From Anaerolineae bacterium (GTDB lineage Bacteria > Chloroflexota > Anaerolineae > UBA1429): DNA of 64,000 nucleotides. Location of the stretch: positions 64,001 to 128,000 of the forward strand of contig OY776562.1 of assembly GCA_963675785.1 (NCBI GenBank). Reading direction: 5' to 3'. Of the stretch, positions 1-9,000 are shown piece after piece. The first letter of the stretch is position 1. Each line of letters starts with the position of its first letter. Below the pieces are notes generated by a model, which had not been told where the DNA came from, did no database searches, and saw nothing but the letters and a program-made list of their open reading frames with translations. Made by a program: the position numbers and the translations under genes.

Positions 1-310
1 AGAGATAGGTGATGTGGTTATAGAGCACGTAAAGCAGCGCTCCCGGCCAGTAGAGCAAACCGTTCAACTTGTGACGGGATGTAGCCCACATGGTGCCAAG
101 CAGAAACGGCACACCGATGATGAGATTGACGATATCGTTGGTGGCAAAGGCGCTCTGTAGCGCTACATTTGGGTAAATGGTAGAAGTGTTGAGCAGCCCG
201 ACGAGCGAAGTACTCGCGGTTGCCAACGTGATCAACAGAGACAGGATAAAGATTGGCTTCAGTTTGCGCAAAAGCGGCAGGGAATTGGATGCTGGACTCT
301 CTTGGCCCAT
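1..310 (-). CDS. Multi-pass membrane protein, runs off the left edge (MGQESPASNSLPLLRKLKPIFILSLLITLA...WPGALLYVLYNHITYL)
   Basis: Manually translated. ATG at 310 with AAGGAG upstream, open to the window edge, several hydrophobic segments. More plausible than the 18..344 ORF in another frame. Confidence 0.75.
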   Translation of the reverse strand, partial: MGQESPASNSLPLLRKLKPIFILSLLITLATASTSLVGLLNTSTIYPNVALQSAFATNDIVNLIIGVPFLLGTMWATSRHKLNGLLYWPGALLYVLYNHITYL

Positions 311-363
311 AGGTTGACTCCTTGGATTGGATTTGCTTGCGCATCTAGCAGCTACTTTAGCAT

Positions 364-409
364 AAAATAGGGTTATCGCACCAGTTTTCTTATGCGATAA
401 CCCTATTTT
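364..409. terminator. Intrinsic terminator downstream of the HEAT-repeat gene
   Basis: 17-bp inverted repeat AAAATAGGGTTATCGCA / TGCGATAACCCTATTTT with A/T tracts. Confidence 0.8.
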
Positions 410-450
410 TCCGGGCGTTTCTTGATCTTTACAGCGATCTGTAATCCATA

Positions 451-2760
451 CTATAGGGTACGCATGGCTTCGTCATAATCATCCTTTGCTTTTTGAGCCC
501 ACTTGATTTCCTGTAAGGCTCGTTCAGCGATTTCGCGTACCTTGGCATCCGAATCCTCAAGGGCGATCTTGTAAATCTCTTGACCCCGCTGCAACTCATT
601 GCGCTTTATATAGTCGACGATCCGGTAACGCTTTTCAGCACTTGCTCTTTGAGCCTCAGTTCCCATGTTGTACAGGGAACTTCTCAAGGCTATAAGGGCA
701 TGTCGACAGATACCTACAAGGAGTTCCCGATTTTTGATAGAACCTACTGTTGAATAGATATCGGCATATGGCTTGGCCAACTCTTCTCCCAAAGCTCGGC
801 TGAGTGGTTTGATGATGCGAGGATCATCAAAGTGTAATAGGGCTTGCTGTGCGGCTAGGCGTGCTTTGCTCACTTCTGCTATTGCAATCAAGGGTTCTAT
901 GGCGCGTTCATCGCCGATTTGCCCCAATGCACGCGCTGCAGCGGAGCCTACGCTGCTTGCAGGATCTTGCAGAGCATGAATAAGCGGGTCGATGACATTC
1001 TCGCCACCGACGCTTCCCAGCATTTGGGCAGCAGTTGCACGCACATTACTTTCCGGATCATTGATCGCTTTCAGCAATACGGGTAATATTTGCTTCTCGG
1101 CAGTGCTATTCAGAGAGCCAATAGCTGCGGCTCTGACCGAGCTCGTACTGTCTTGCGCCATAGCCAGTAATAGGGATGTATCCTCAGGGCGTTCGGATTT
1201 CTTGAGTGCTTTTATGGCAGCGATGCGTAATCGCTCGCGCTCATCGTGCAGAGCTATGCGGACCAGTTCTCGTGCCCTGTCGCTGTCGATATTCCCCAAA
1301 GCTTTTACGGCCATCTCGCTAATCTGATTTTCCTGGTCGGCTATAGCTTTGGCCAGGGGTTCAATGGCTTTAACGGATCCAGTTTCCCCGAGTGTTTCTA
1401 GAACCTTGCAACGAAAACCAATGTCCCGGTCATCGAGTTTAGAGACGAGAATCTCTATTGCCTCGGGCGTTCTCAGGTAACCTAGGGCGCTCAGAGCTTG
1501 TTTGCAAGCTGGGGACCCCTTGCTGGATAAGGCTTGTCTGAGGTTGTCATAGACGGGTATGCGAGAATCGTCGAGTTTTATGAGCGCCTGAAAGTCATCC
1601 GGATCTCCGTGGATGATCTCTCCCCATTGCGGTTCCCCTAACAAACGGAGGGCACTGGCTGACATAACGCGCACATGATCGTCTAGACTCCCCAATGCGT
1701 GGATGAGCGGCTCGATGGCTTGGGAAGCCTTGATTTTTCCTAGAATTCGGGCAGCCGTTGCTTGCACGCCCGGGTCATCATTCGTCAAAGCTGTGGACAG
1801 GTGTTCGATGACACTCGGTGTGGCACTTGGAACGGGGTTTTCTTCGAGCACTCTGGCAGCATATCGGCGCGTTTGCTCATCCTTGTCGCTAATGATTTGA
1901 GCAAGTATCTCTGGACTATAGTTACAAATCACCCTATAGAGGGCATCGCGCTGCAACATCCCTTCCGCCGTATAATCAGGGATAGTCACTGTCCTTTGGA
2001 TGACTGTTCTGATGGTTGTAACGTCTCCCAGTTCTCCCAGAGCTTGAGACAAAACGACAAGCTCTGTCCTGCTAGGGGAATTCCAGCCTTCCCCTGGATG
2101 ATATCTAGCCAAAAGGGGGGCTATTGCGCGAGGTTCTTTCATCTCAGTCAGAGCTTGGATGGCGGAATAGCGGACAGAACTATCGCTATCTGCCAGAGCA
2201 TGGATGAGCGCATCGGCATTCTGAGAGCGTTCTGGCTCATTCGAGCTATCCAGTGCATTTGTGTCACTGCTTGATGATCCATTCAATACTGCCAAAGCCT
2301 GGGCGGCCGCCCTGCGGATATCAGGGCTTGAGTTTGCCAGGGCTAGAGTTAGCGGCTCACGCACCTCCGCGCCGCCGATTTGGCCCAAGGCTTGGGCCGT
2401 TGCAACGCGAACGCTGATCTCCTGAATATGCCCGTTGAGCACTTGAGAAAGCACTTTGATTGTCTGTGGATCAGGGAAAGCCCCCAAGGCACGTGCTGCT
2501 GCACTACAAACATACTCATCCTCTAAAAAAGCCTTCAGCCTTTTGCACAGTGGTTTGATGGCTCGCGGATCTCCAATTCTGCTCAGAGCTTCAGCCGCGG
2601 CAATACGGACCCTCTTGGATTTGTCCTTGAGAGCTTTGATGAGCGGCTCTACGGCGGCAGCATCTTGTGCTTGCCCTAACTGTTGCGCAGCATCAATGCG
2701 CACTTCTTCGGAGAAGCTCGAAAGATTTTCGATAAGGAGGGAGAGATTGGGCTCGCTCAT
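451..2760 (-). CDS. HEAT-repeat (PBS lyase-like) protein
   Basis: Many tandem 'L..AL.D....VR..AA.ALG' units over 769 aa; AAGGAG RBS. Confidence 0.9.
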   Translation of the reverse strand: MSEPNLSLLIENLSSFSEEVRIDAAQQLGQAQDAAAVEPLIKALKDKSKRVRIAAAEALSRIGDPRAIKPLCKRLKAFLEDEYVCSAAARALGAFPDPQTIKVLSQVLNGHIQEISVRVATAQALGQIGGAEVREPLTLALANSSPDIRRAAAQALAVLNGSSSSDTNALDSSNEPERSQNADALIHALADSDSSVRYSAIQALTEMKEPRAIAPLLARYHPGEGWNSPSRTELVVLSQALGELGDVTTIRTVIQRTVTIPDYTAEGMLQRDALYRVICNYSPEILAQIISDKDEQTRRYAARVLEENPVPSATPSVIEHLSTALTNDDPGVQATAARILGKIKASQAIEPLIHALGSLDDHVRVMSASALRLLGEPQWGEIIHGDPDDFQALIKLDDSRIPVYDNLRQALSSKGSPACKQALSALGYLRTPEAIEILVSKLDDRDIGFRCKVLETLGETGSVKAIEPLAKAIADQENQISEMAVKALGNIDSDRARELVRIALHDERERLRIAAIKALKKSERPEDTSLLLAMAQDSTSSVRAAAIGSLNSTAEKQILPVLLKAINDPESNVRATAAQMLGSVGGENVIDPLIHALQDPASSVGSAAARALGQIGDERAIEPLIAIAEVSKARLAAQQALLHFDDPRIIKPLSRALGEELAKPYADIYSTVGSIKNRELLVGICRHALIALRSSLYNMGTEAQRASAEKRYRIVDYIKRNELQRGQEIYKIALEDSDAKVREIAERALQEIKWAQKAKDDYDEAMRTL

Positions 2761-3019
2761 TCTGGCTCCTTGGTCAATGAGTAAAGAGTGAAGGGCCTAT
2801 GATTGTTTGGTCTGCATCAGGACTTGTTGCAGATCAATGCTTGTATTTTACAACGACAAGTATCGTTTCAATAATGCTCGCATAAAAATCGAATTGATTC
2901 ATCTTTGCCAAAAGAACCTCGAATTGTTGTGGAGGCTGTTTTCTTGACACAAAAAGAGGTGTGGCTCACAAGTTCTCGAACGACACCCCTTGAGTGATGA
3001 CAATCATTCTGCCTGTTTT

Positions 3020-3613
3020 TTACAATCTATCCTTGATCTCGCCCCAGCCCCCCAGTTTCTCTCCTGCAAAAGAAAAATAGGTTTGGCAAGTTGTCTTGAC
3101 AGGACGAATGGCCTGTATCAACTCCTCGATGCTTTTCTCTCTGTCCACTAGTGCTTCATCGGCGAGAACGTTGCGGATTTTGCAGAGAAAGACGTCGCTA
3201 TCATCTAGTGTAATAGTTTGCATCACCTCTAGCTCAAAGCTCCAGGGGCTATCCACGAGTATAGGAACATTGAGAACAGCGCCGGGCATTGTTTCCAGCG
3301 TCACGTCCATCTTGGTGGACTCGTAGCCATTCGTGGTGCCGTAATAGTCAGCATAGGGCAGGAGGGCCCCCGTAACCAGATTGGCCGAGAAAACGCCATC
3401 CCTGCGGATGTTGTCTTTGGTGAGTTTTTCGCCACCGATGCAAGCCATCACGCCGAGCTCGCCATCCCAGTAATAGCTGAACCAGCAGAACAAGCCAAAA
3501 TTGGGTGTGCCGTCCTCTTTGTAGGTGCCATAAAGGAACAAGGTCTGCGGGCAGAAATCGTTCGATGGGGATACGGATTTTTTAATCATGAGGGCTGTCT
3601 CCTTTGCTGTCAT
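3020..3613 (-). CDS. Flavin reductase-like FMN-binding protein (DIM6/NTAB family)
   Basis: GTYKEDGTPN and T.DNI...G.FSANLV motifs; start overlaps the marR stop. Confidence 0.8.
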   Translation of the reverse strand: MTAKETALMIKKSVSPSNDFCPQTLFLYGTYKEDGTPNFGLFCWFSYYWDGELGVMACIGGEKLTKDNIRRDGVFSANLVTGALLPYADYYGTTNGYESTKMDVTLETMPGAVLNVPILVDSPWSFELEVMQTITLDDSDVFLCKIRNVLADEALVDREKSIEELIQAIRPVKTTCQTYFSFAGEKLGGWGEIKDRL

Positions 3614-4052
3614 TTTGTTCTTGTGTTTCCAGATTAGCCAGGATTTTTCTCAAGCTGCCTTCGAATACGACAATCTCATCATCTGAAAAACCTCTGTAAA
3701 AGAGGTCGTTCATTTTGGCTGAAACGAGCTGGTAATCGTCATTCAGCCTTTTGGCTTGCTCCGTAAGGCCGATTCTGATCTGACGTCTATCAGCCTTGTC
3801 GCTAATACGATAGACAAGGCCACTGTTCTCCATGCGATCGAGCATGCTGGTAAGTGTGGATTTTGCCAGGCCGGTTTTCTGCGAGAGTTCGACGATGGGA
3901 ATAGAATCTGATTCCCAGAGGACATACAATATTCGTCCTTGAGCGCTATTAAAGGCTTCTATCTGTGCTTGAGCAAGCAACTTTTCAAATATCCGGCCCT
4001 GTATTTGCTTGATTTGGGATATTAGGAATCCTCCCTCTGTTTTCTCGATCAG
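3582..4052 (-). CDS. MarR-family regulator (probable non-canonical CTG start at 4052)
   Basis: wHTH ELSQKTGLAKSTLTSMLDRME and DRR motif; frame stays open upstream to a strong AGGAGGTG. Confidence 0.85.
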   Translation of the reverse strand: MIEKTEGGFLISQIKQIQGRIFEKLLAQAQIEAFNSAQGRILYVLWESDSIPIVELSQKTGLAKSTLTSMLDRMENSGLVYRISDKADRRQIRIGLTEQAKRLNDDYQLVSAKMNDLFYRGFSDDEIVVFEGSLRKILANLETQEQNDSKGDSPHD

Positions 4053-4085
4053 CTCATCACCTCCTAGCTGTACTGTATCTTTATG

Positions 4086-4120
4086 CTATATAAAATAATT
4101 CTATATAGTACTTTTGTCAA
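4086..4120 (-). promoter_or_regulatory. Sigma70 promoter with overlapping palindrome (candidate MarR operator)
   Basis: Minus strand TTGACA-17 bp-TATTTT; CTATATA-N9-TATATAG at 4086-4108. Confidence 0.55.
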
Positions 4121-4185
4121 TCATTTTCCCTCTGAAACAGGTTCATTGAACAGGGGTTTATTCGAAAGATATAAAGTGTTATATA

Positions 4186-4224
4186 ACAAAGAAAACCCCT
4201 CTTTAAGAGGGGGGCTTTCTTTGT
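4186..4224. terminator. Intrinsic terminator just beyond the tRNA-end duplicate
   Basis: ACAAAGAAAACCCCTC...GAGGGGGGCTTTCTTTGT imperfect stem. Confidence 0.65.
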
Positions 4225-4245
4225 ATTACAATTTGCATGTTACTT

Positions 4246-4261
4246 TGGCGGAGGAGATGGG
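4246..4261 (-). repeat. Direct repeat of the tRNA-Ser 3' end (att-like)
   Basis: TGGCGGAGGAGATGGG vs TGGCGGAGGAGGTGGG at 5102-5117, 15/16 identical, same orientation. Confidence 0.7.
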
Positions 4262-4323
4262 GCGTGAGGTCAATCAAATCGAAGACAGCACACAGTAAGA
4301 TTATGCCATGATGTTTTGACCGC

Positions 4324-4890
4324 TCATTGGCAAGCCAGTAGTATGCTTCCTTGCTCGGCCAACATTTTTAGGTAGGCTTGAGTCTTTTCGCTTTTGCCAT
4401 CTCTTAATTGTTTCCCATTCGGGCAATAAAACTCGCCCAGGAGCGAGCTATTCATTCTATTGACGAGTTGCTTGATCCAAAGAGAAACAATTTCAAATTC
4501 ATCTGTCGAGTTGTATCCGCAATTGCTGAGCATGATGAATTTTGGAGCGCCCATTTTTACTTCCGCATGTGGATTCCCCGTCGAAGTAAGCCTGTCAATA
4601 AAATTCTTGAACAAGCCCGTAACGTTCCCGAAATACACAGGGGAAGCAAAAACGATTATATCTGTATTTGCGGCGGATTTTACGATCTCATTGAAATCGT
4701 CATCCAAAATGCATCCCTGGCTGCTTGTCCAACAAGAATAACACCCTTGGCAGTATTCCACGTTTTTTTCGGCCAAAGTGATATCGACAATATCAACATC
4801 CGCCCCGGCCCCACTTAAAAAGGCCGTTAGCATAATTGCTGAAACGCTACCTTTTCCTCTAGGACTCCCATTAATTGCCACAATTTTCAC
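4324..4890 (-). CDS. Flavodoxin / NADPH-dependent FMN reductase family (iron-sulfur flavoprotein-like)
   Basis: INGSPR, CxxCxxCW....GC, ASPVYFG, KNFIDRL. Confidence 0.88.
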   Translation of the reverse strand: MKIVAINGSPRGKGSVSAIMLTAFLSGAGADVDIVDITLAEKNVEYCQGCYSCWTSSQGCILDDDFNEIVKSAANTDIIVFASPVYFGNVTGLFKNFIDRLTSTGNPHAEVKMGAPKFIMLSNCGYNSTDEFEIVSLWIKQLVNRMNSSLLGEFYCPNGKQLRDGKSEKTQAYLKMLAEQGSILLACQ

Positions 4891-5101
4891 TGTCGATGTC
4901 CTTTTAAGTAAACTTGGTCAGTATTGGGTAGTTTGGCAGTTTGTTGGCTACAAACAGAGAGGATATGATTTCGCCGTTCGTGCGTGTTGTGTCTGAAAGA
5001 AGAGCCACGTTGCTAGATGAACTCTGGCAGCGTGGCTTGGGAAACTTGGTCTTACATAGCGCATTCTTCGAATGTTTTGTGCTCGAGTAGTAAGACCAAA
5101 C

Positions 5102-5191
5102 TGGCGGAGGAGGTGGGATTCGAACCCACGGTAGCGCAAGCGCTACAACGGTTTTCGAGACCGCCCCATTCGACCACTCTGGCACCCCTCC
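5102..5191 (-). tRNA. tRNA-Ser(CGA)
   Basis: GGAGGGG...CCTCCGCCA acceptor, anticodon arm GCGGT-CT-CGA-AA-ACCGT, long variable arm, GGTTCGAATCC; CCA encoded. Confidence 0.95.
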
Positions 5192-5646
5192 GCGGGGTCG
5201 CGCCGCAATGACGCGAAAAAGGCATCCATGATCTCCTTAACTTCGTCTTCCAGAACGCCCGCAGTTATCTGAAGGCGGTGGTTGAGCCAGGGAGATCGCA
5301 CCAAGTCGTAAACGGACCCAGCGGCGCCTGTCTTGGGATCACGCAAAGCGAACACCAATCGGTCGAGCCGAGCATTGACCATGGCACCGGCACACATGCT
5401 GCACGGTTCTAGTGTGCAAAAGAGTGTGGCACCATTCAATCGCCAAGAGCCCAGCGTTTCTCCGGCCTGGCGCAAGGCCAATATCTCGGCATGCGCCGTG
5501 GGGTCGGTTAGCTGTTCCTTGCGGTTACAGCCTCTGCCAATTACCTGATCATCCTTGACGACCACAGCACCCACGGGGATTTCCCCCGCTTGTGCCGCTT
5601 CTTGTGCTTGTTGGATAGCCAGGCGCATCCAGTGTTCATCTTGCAT
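5143..5646 (-). CDS. tadA: tRNA adenosine(34) deaminase
   Basis: GEIPVGAV, DPTAHAE, TLEPCSMC, DPKTGAAGS, LNH; likely start MQDEHWM at 5646. Confidence 0.93.
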   Translation of the reverse strand: MQDEHWMRLAIQQAQEAAQAGEIPVGAVVVKDDQVIGRGCNRKEQLTDPTAHAEILALRQAGETLGSWRLNGATLFCTLEPCSMCAGAMVNARLDRLVFALRDPKTGAAGSVYDLVRSPWLNHRLQITAGVLEDEVKEIMDAFFASLRRDPAEGCQSGRMGRSRKPL

Positions 5647-5656
5647 AAGCGGGAGG

Positions 5657-5730
5657 ATTATAGCACAGATAGAATGCACCGACAAAGCAAGTAGGGGCGC
5701 TTTGACAGCACCCGGCCACCGCACTAGAGT
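5657..5730. promoter_or_regulatory. Divergent sigma70 promoters for tadA-tRNA(Ser) and rlmD
   Basis: Minus: TTGTCG-17-TATAAT with extended TG (5685-5657). Plus: TTGACA-17-TAGAGT (5702-5730). Confidence 0.6.
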
Positions 5731-5752
5731 TTGACTATTCAGGTATAAGGAG

Positions 5753-6991
5753 ATGCACGCAATGGTGCAGATTAGATTAGATGCTCTGGCCCACGGCGGT
5801 GATGCGATTGGCCGTCTAGATGGCAAAGCTGTTTTTGTACCCGGCGGCCTTCCGGGAGAGTTGGTCGAGGTCGAGATTATCGAGGAGCATAAGCGATTCT
5901 CCTCCGCGCATCTGCTCAATGTGTTGGAGGCCTCGACCGATCGAGTCGAGCCGCCTTGTCCTTATTACGGCGTCTGTGGTGGTTGCCAACTTCAGCATCT
6001 GAGCTACCCCGCACAGCTTGCGGCTAAGCACAAGTTGGTGGTTGAGCAATTTACGCGCATTGGCAAGATTGACGATGCTCTGGTGCATCCGGTGTTGGGG
6101 ATGGAGAATCCCTGGGCGTATCGCAATCATGTGCAGCTTTCTGTGACCGCTGAGGGTGCGCTGGGCTACCAAAAACGCCAGAGCAACGAGGTGGTTGCCG
6201 TGGAAGCTTGCCCACTGCTCCATCCTTTGCTGGCCGAACTGTGGGATGAGTTGGAAATTGACCCCACGGCTGTGGCGCGGGTGATTTTTCGCGCTGGCGT
6301 GAACACGGGTGAACAGATGCTGGTGTTTGAGGGGGTGGATGAAGATCTGCCCGAGTTCGAGATGGATGTGCCCCTTTCTGTGGTGTGGGTGGCGGCAAAT
6401 GGCGCAGAGCAGGTTCTGGCCGGTGAGAACTATTTCTGCGAAGAGATCGCTGGCTATCGCTTTCAGGTGTCGGCGCAGTCCTTCTTTCAGGTGAACACGG
6501 CTCAGGCCGAGGTATTGGTGGATGTGGTGCGGCGCTATGCCGCTCTTCAGCCGGGTGATGCGCTGCTGGATGCTTATTGTGGCGTGGGTTTGTTTAGCGT
6601 GTGTCTCAATGAAGCTTTGGGGGCGATTAGCGCCATCGAGATAGATGATTCCTCTTTTAACGACGCCCTGGTAAACCTGGGGCAGCTGCCAGAAGAGCTC
6701 GATATTGCTTTGATTCAGGGGGCGGTTGAGGATGTTGTGATTGAAGGAGAGGCACACTGCGATGTGGCCATCGTCGATCCGCCTCGGGCGGGTTGTGAGC
6801 TATCTGTACTGCAGGCACTGGCAATCTCTGGTGCTCGTCGTATTGTTATGGTTTCTTGCGATCCGGCGACGCTGGCCCGTGATGTGGCCCGCTTGGAGGA
6901 ATTGGGCTATCAGTTTATCGAAGCCCAGCCAATAGACATGTTTCCGCAGACGGCGCATGTGGAGACTGTGGCCTTGATGCTGATGAAATAG
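5753..6991 (+). CDS. rlmD: 23S rRNA (uracil-5)-methyltransferase RlmD/TrmA family with TRAM domain
   Basis: TRAM N-terminus, CPYYGVCGGC Fe-S motif, SFFQVN, DPPRAG, VSCDPATLARD, DMFPQTAHVE. Confidence 0.93.
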   Translation: MHAMVQIRLDALAHGGDAIGRLDGKAVFVPGGLPGELVEVEIIEEHKRFSSAHLLNVLEASTDRVEPPCPYYGVCGGCQLQHLSYPAQLAAKHKLVVEQFTRIGKIDDALVHPVLGMENPWAYRNHVQLSVTAEGALGYQKRQSNEVVAVEACPLLHPLLAELWDELEIDPTAVARVIFRAGVNTGEQMLVFEGVDEDLPEFEMDVPLSVVWVAANGAEQVLAGENYFCEEIAGYRFQVSAQSFFQVNTAQAEVLVDVVRRYAALQPGDALLDAYCGVGLFSVCLNEALGAISAIEIDDSSFNDALVNLGQLPEELDIALIQGAVEDVVIEGEAHCDVAIVDPPRAGCELSVLQALAISGARRIVMVSCDPATLARDVARLEELGYQFIEAQPIDMFPQTAHVETVALMLMK

Positions 6992-7114
6992 AGAATCTCT
7001 TAATATTCCGTCTATAAATGGGATATATGATACTAGACTAGGTTGCAGAATAATTTCTGAACCTAGTCCGACAGGTGAGTTGCGTTAGGTGCTATGCAGA
7101 TAAGGGATGGGAGT

Positions 7115-8191
7115 ATGTCGCAGAGTGAGATAGATCTGCTAAGGAACAAGCACACAGAGCTGATTGATATTGTCACAAAGAGAGTTCAGACTGATTTCCC
7201 AGAAGATATCGATCTGATTGGTATTTGCGGTTCTTTTCTTACAGACGATTTCTACGAAAAGTCAGATCTAGACTTGCTGGTGGTGCCGAACAATGAGCGG
7301 GGTTGGGGATTTACCTCTTGTTTTGTTCTGGATGGTATTGGTTATGATCTTTATGGCACATCTTGGAAAAAACTTGAAAAGATGGCCTGCTATGACGACA
7401 TGTTCGTATCACATGTTATTGATGTGGATATCGTTTACTGCAGAGATTCTGAATGTATGGAACGTTTTCAACAGTTACGGAGCCAAGCACTCGGCATCAT
7501 CAACGGTCCGATGACGCCTCAAATTCTGCAAAAAGCCAAGACGCATCTGGAGAGTGCCATATCAGCCTATGGCCGCTTGATGTTGGAGGATAAACTTGGC
7601 GCCGTTCGCCAGTATTCTGGTGATGCCCTTTATCATTTGACTAACGCAGTGTGTTGTATGAACCACAGTTACTTTAGAAGGGGAGTCAAACGTCAGCTGG
7701 AAGAAATGTTGGCGATGGAACAGGTTCCTGACCATTTCAAAGAATACTTTGATGGTGTTATGCATGCCAGAACTGTGGCAGAGATCAAGGAAGCAACAAA
7801 GAGATTGCTTCAAAGCGTCAACTCACTGTACGACACGATTTCTAGTGAGTTGCTCGATATAGCGGTCCCCGCAAAAGATGATTTGCGTGGGACATATGAA
7901 GAGATCTGGTCGAATTGGAAGAACAAGATTCATTACGCGGCAAAGCATGGTGACGTACTGCTCGCTTTTGCGACAGGGGTCAGCTGCCAGGATTTCTATA
8001 ACGAGATGCAAAAGGAGCACGGAACTGCATTCATCGATCTAATGGAGCATTTTCAAGCGGATGCACTCGATACTTTTGCCAATGCTTTTGAAGAGGCGAT
8101 GGAACTCTACCGACAGGAGTATGAAAAGTTGGGGATGAGGGTGCTAGAGTATAGATCCGTCGATGCGTTTCGGAAGGATTATCTTGGCTGA
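7115..8191 (+). CDS. Nucleotidyltransferase domain protein (Pol-beta fold with helical C-terminal domains)
   Basis: GICGSFLTDDFYEKSDLDLLV (GS...DxD) motif. Confidence 0.75.
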   Translation: MSQSEIDLLRNKHTELIDIVTKRVQTDFPEDIDLIGICGSFLTDDFYEKSDLDLLVVPNNERGWGFTSCFVLDGIGYDLYGTSWKKLEKMACYDDMFVSHVIDVDIVYCRDSECMERFQQLRSQALGIINGPMTPQILQKAKTHLESAISAYGRLMLEDKLGAVRQYSGDALYHLTNAVCCMNHSYFRRGVKRQLEEMLAMEQVPDHFKEYFDGVMHARTVAEIKEATKRLLQSVNSLYDTISSELLDIAVPAKDDLRGTYEEIWSNWKNKIHYAAKHGDVLLAFATGVSCQDFYNEMQKEHGTAFIDLMEHFQADALDTFANAFEEAMELYRQEYEKLGMRVLEYRSVDAFRKDYLG

Positions 8192-8260
8192 GGAACACAT
8201 GTGCAGGGCTGGGATAGGTTGACGCAATACTTTTCTACTAGCCACATCAATCAGGGTTTT

Positions 8261-8425
8261 GGTGCCGAAGTATTGCTAGGGTCTTTTGCGATGTTGACGC
8301 TTGTTCGTAGGGTGGCGCGTTTAGGCATGGGCCATCGTTTTATCGAGATTCAGTCAATAGACATGGTCCCGCAAACGGCGCACGTAGAGAAAGCAGTATT
8401 GATGTCACGGAACCTGTCTTCTTGA
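8261..8425 (+). pseudogene. Degenerate duplicate of the rlmD 3' end (copy 2)
   Basis: Encodes GHRFIEIQSIDMVPQTAHVEKAVLMSR vs rlmD GYQFIEAQPIDMFPQTAHVETVALMLMK; nucleotide similarity to about 6830-6991. Confidence 0.85.
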
Positions 8426-8525
8426 CACTCGAAATACAAGTTCTCCGACTTTTGGATAAGAAGCAGTAGTTTTCCTGATATATCAATAATTAAGTAAACA
8501 TATATGACGGCAACAGGATAATAAA

Positions 8526-8912
8526 GTGAAAAACTATACACAGGTCTATGTTATGAACAGCTTCGAAGCTGCTGACACATATTGCAGAGCTTTCGGAGGA
8601 GAGGTAACATTTGAGATAAAAAACGAGGCCGGGGACGCATTTGCGCATTGCGAGTTGTCTGTGAGCGGCGAACCTTTTCTTGCTTTGGCCGAAGCGGCAG
8701 AACCATATGACGTAAGTCTGATTCATAGAGAAAGATGGCAGACAATGACTTTCAATGCTTTTGAATTGGGGAGTGAAGCGGCTGTCAGGAACGCATTAAG
8801 CGTTTTGAGCGAAGGCGGTGTTGTTATTGAGCCAATCCATGAATTACCCTGGAGCAAATGCTGCGCGACGGTTATAGATAAATATGGGGTATGCTGGTGG
8901 ATAGCAATATAA
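8526..8912 (+). CDS. VOC/PhnB (glyoxalase-like) protein
   Basis: Y..AFG, H.EL, LSEGG.V..P....PWS.....V.DKYGV.W. Confidence 0.85.
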   Translation: MKNYTQVYVMNSFEAADTYCRAFGGEVTFEIKNEAGDAFAHCELSVSGEPFLALAEAAEPYDVSLIHRERWQTMTFNAFELGSEAAVRNALSVLSEGGVVIEPIHELPWSKCCATVIDKYGVCWWIAI

Positions 8913-9000
8913 CGACAGAAACGGTTTCGGCTTGAATAAGTCGGTTAGACAAATAACAGTTTTTCGGGGACATTAGCTTATTTTTCAGGAGTATAGGATT

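Noticed and set aside
18-344. 108-aa ORF from the track
   Set aside because: An overlapping same-strand frame (start 310) has an RBS and a membrane-protein pattern; this ORF has neither
4904-5185. 93-aa ORF starting MPEWSNGAVSKTV
   Set aside because: It is a translation of the tRNA-Ser gene
5647-5919. Long N-terminal extension of tadA
   Set aside because: Overlaps rlmD antisense and the promoter region; TadA similarity starts at MQDEHWM
5816-6757. Long antisense ORFs (also 35762-36550, 22786-23409, 19199-19807)
   Set aside because: Shadows of well-supported genes on the opposite strand, with no motifs or RBS
8906-8950. ATATAAC...GTTAGAC attC-like pair after the VOC gene
   Set aside because: Too short for attC, ends poorly complementary, no L boxes, and no integron integrase in the window
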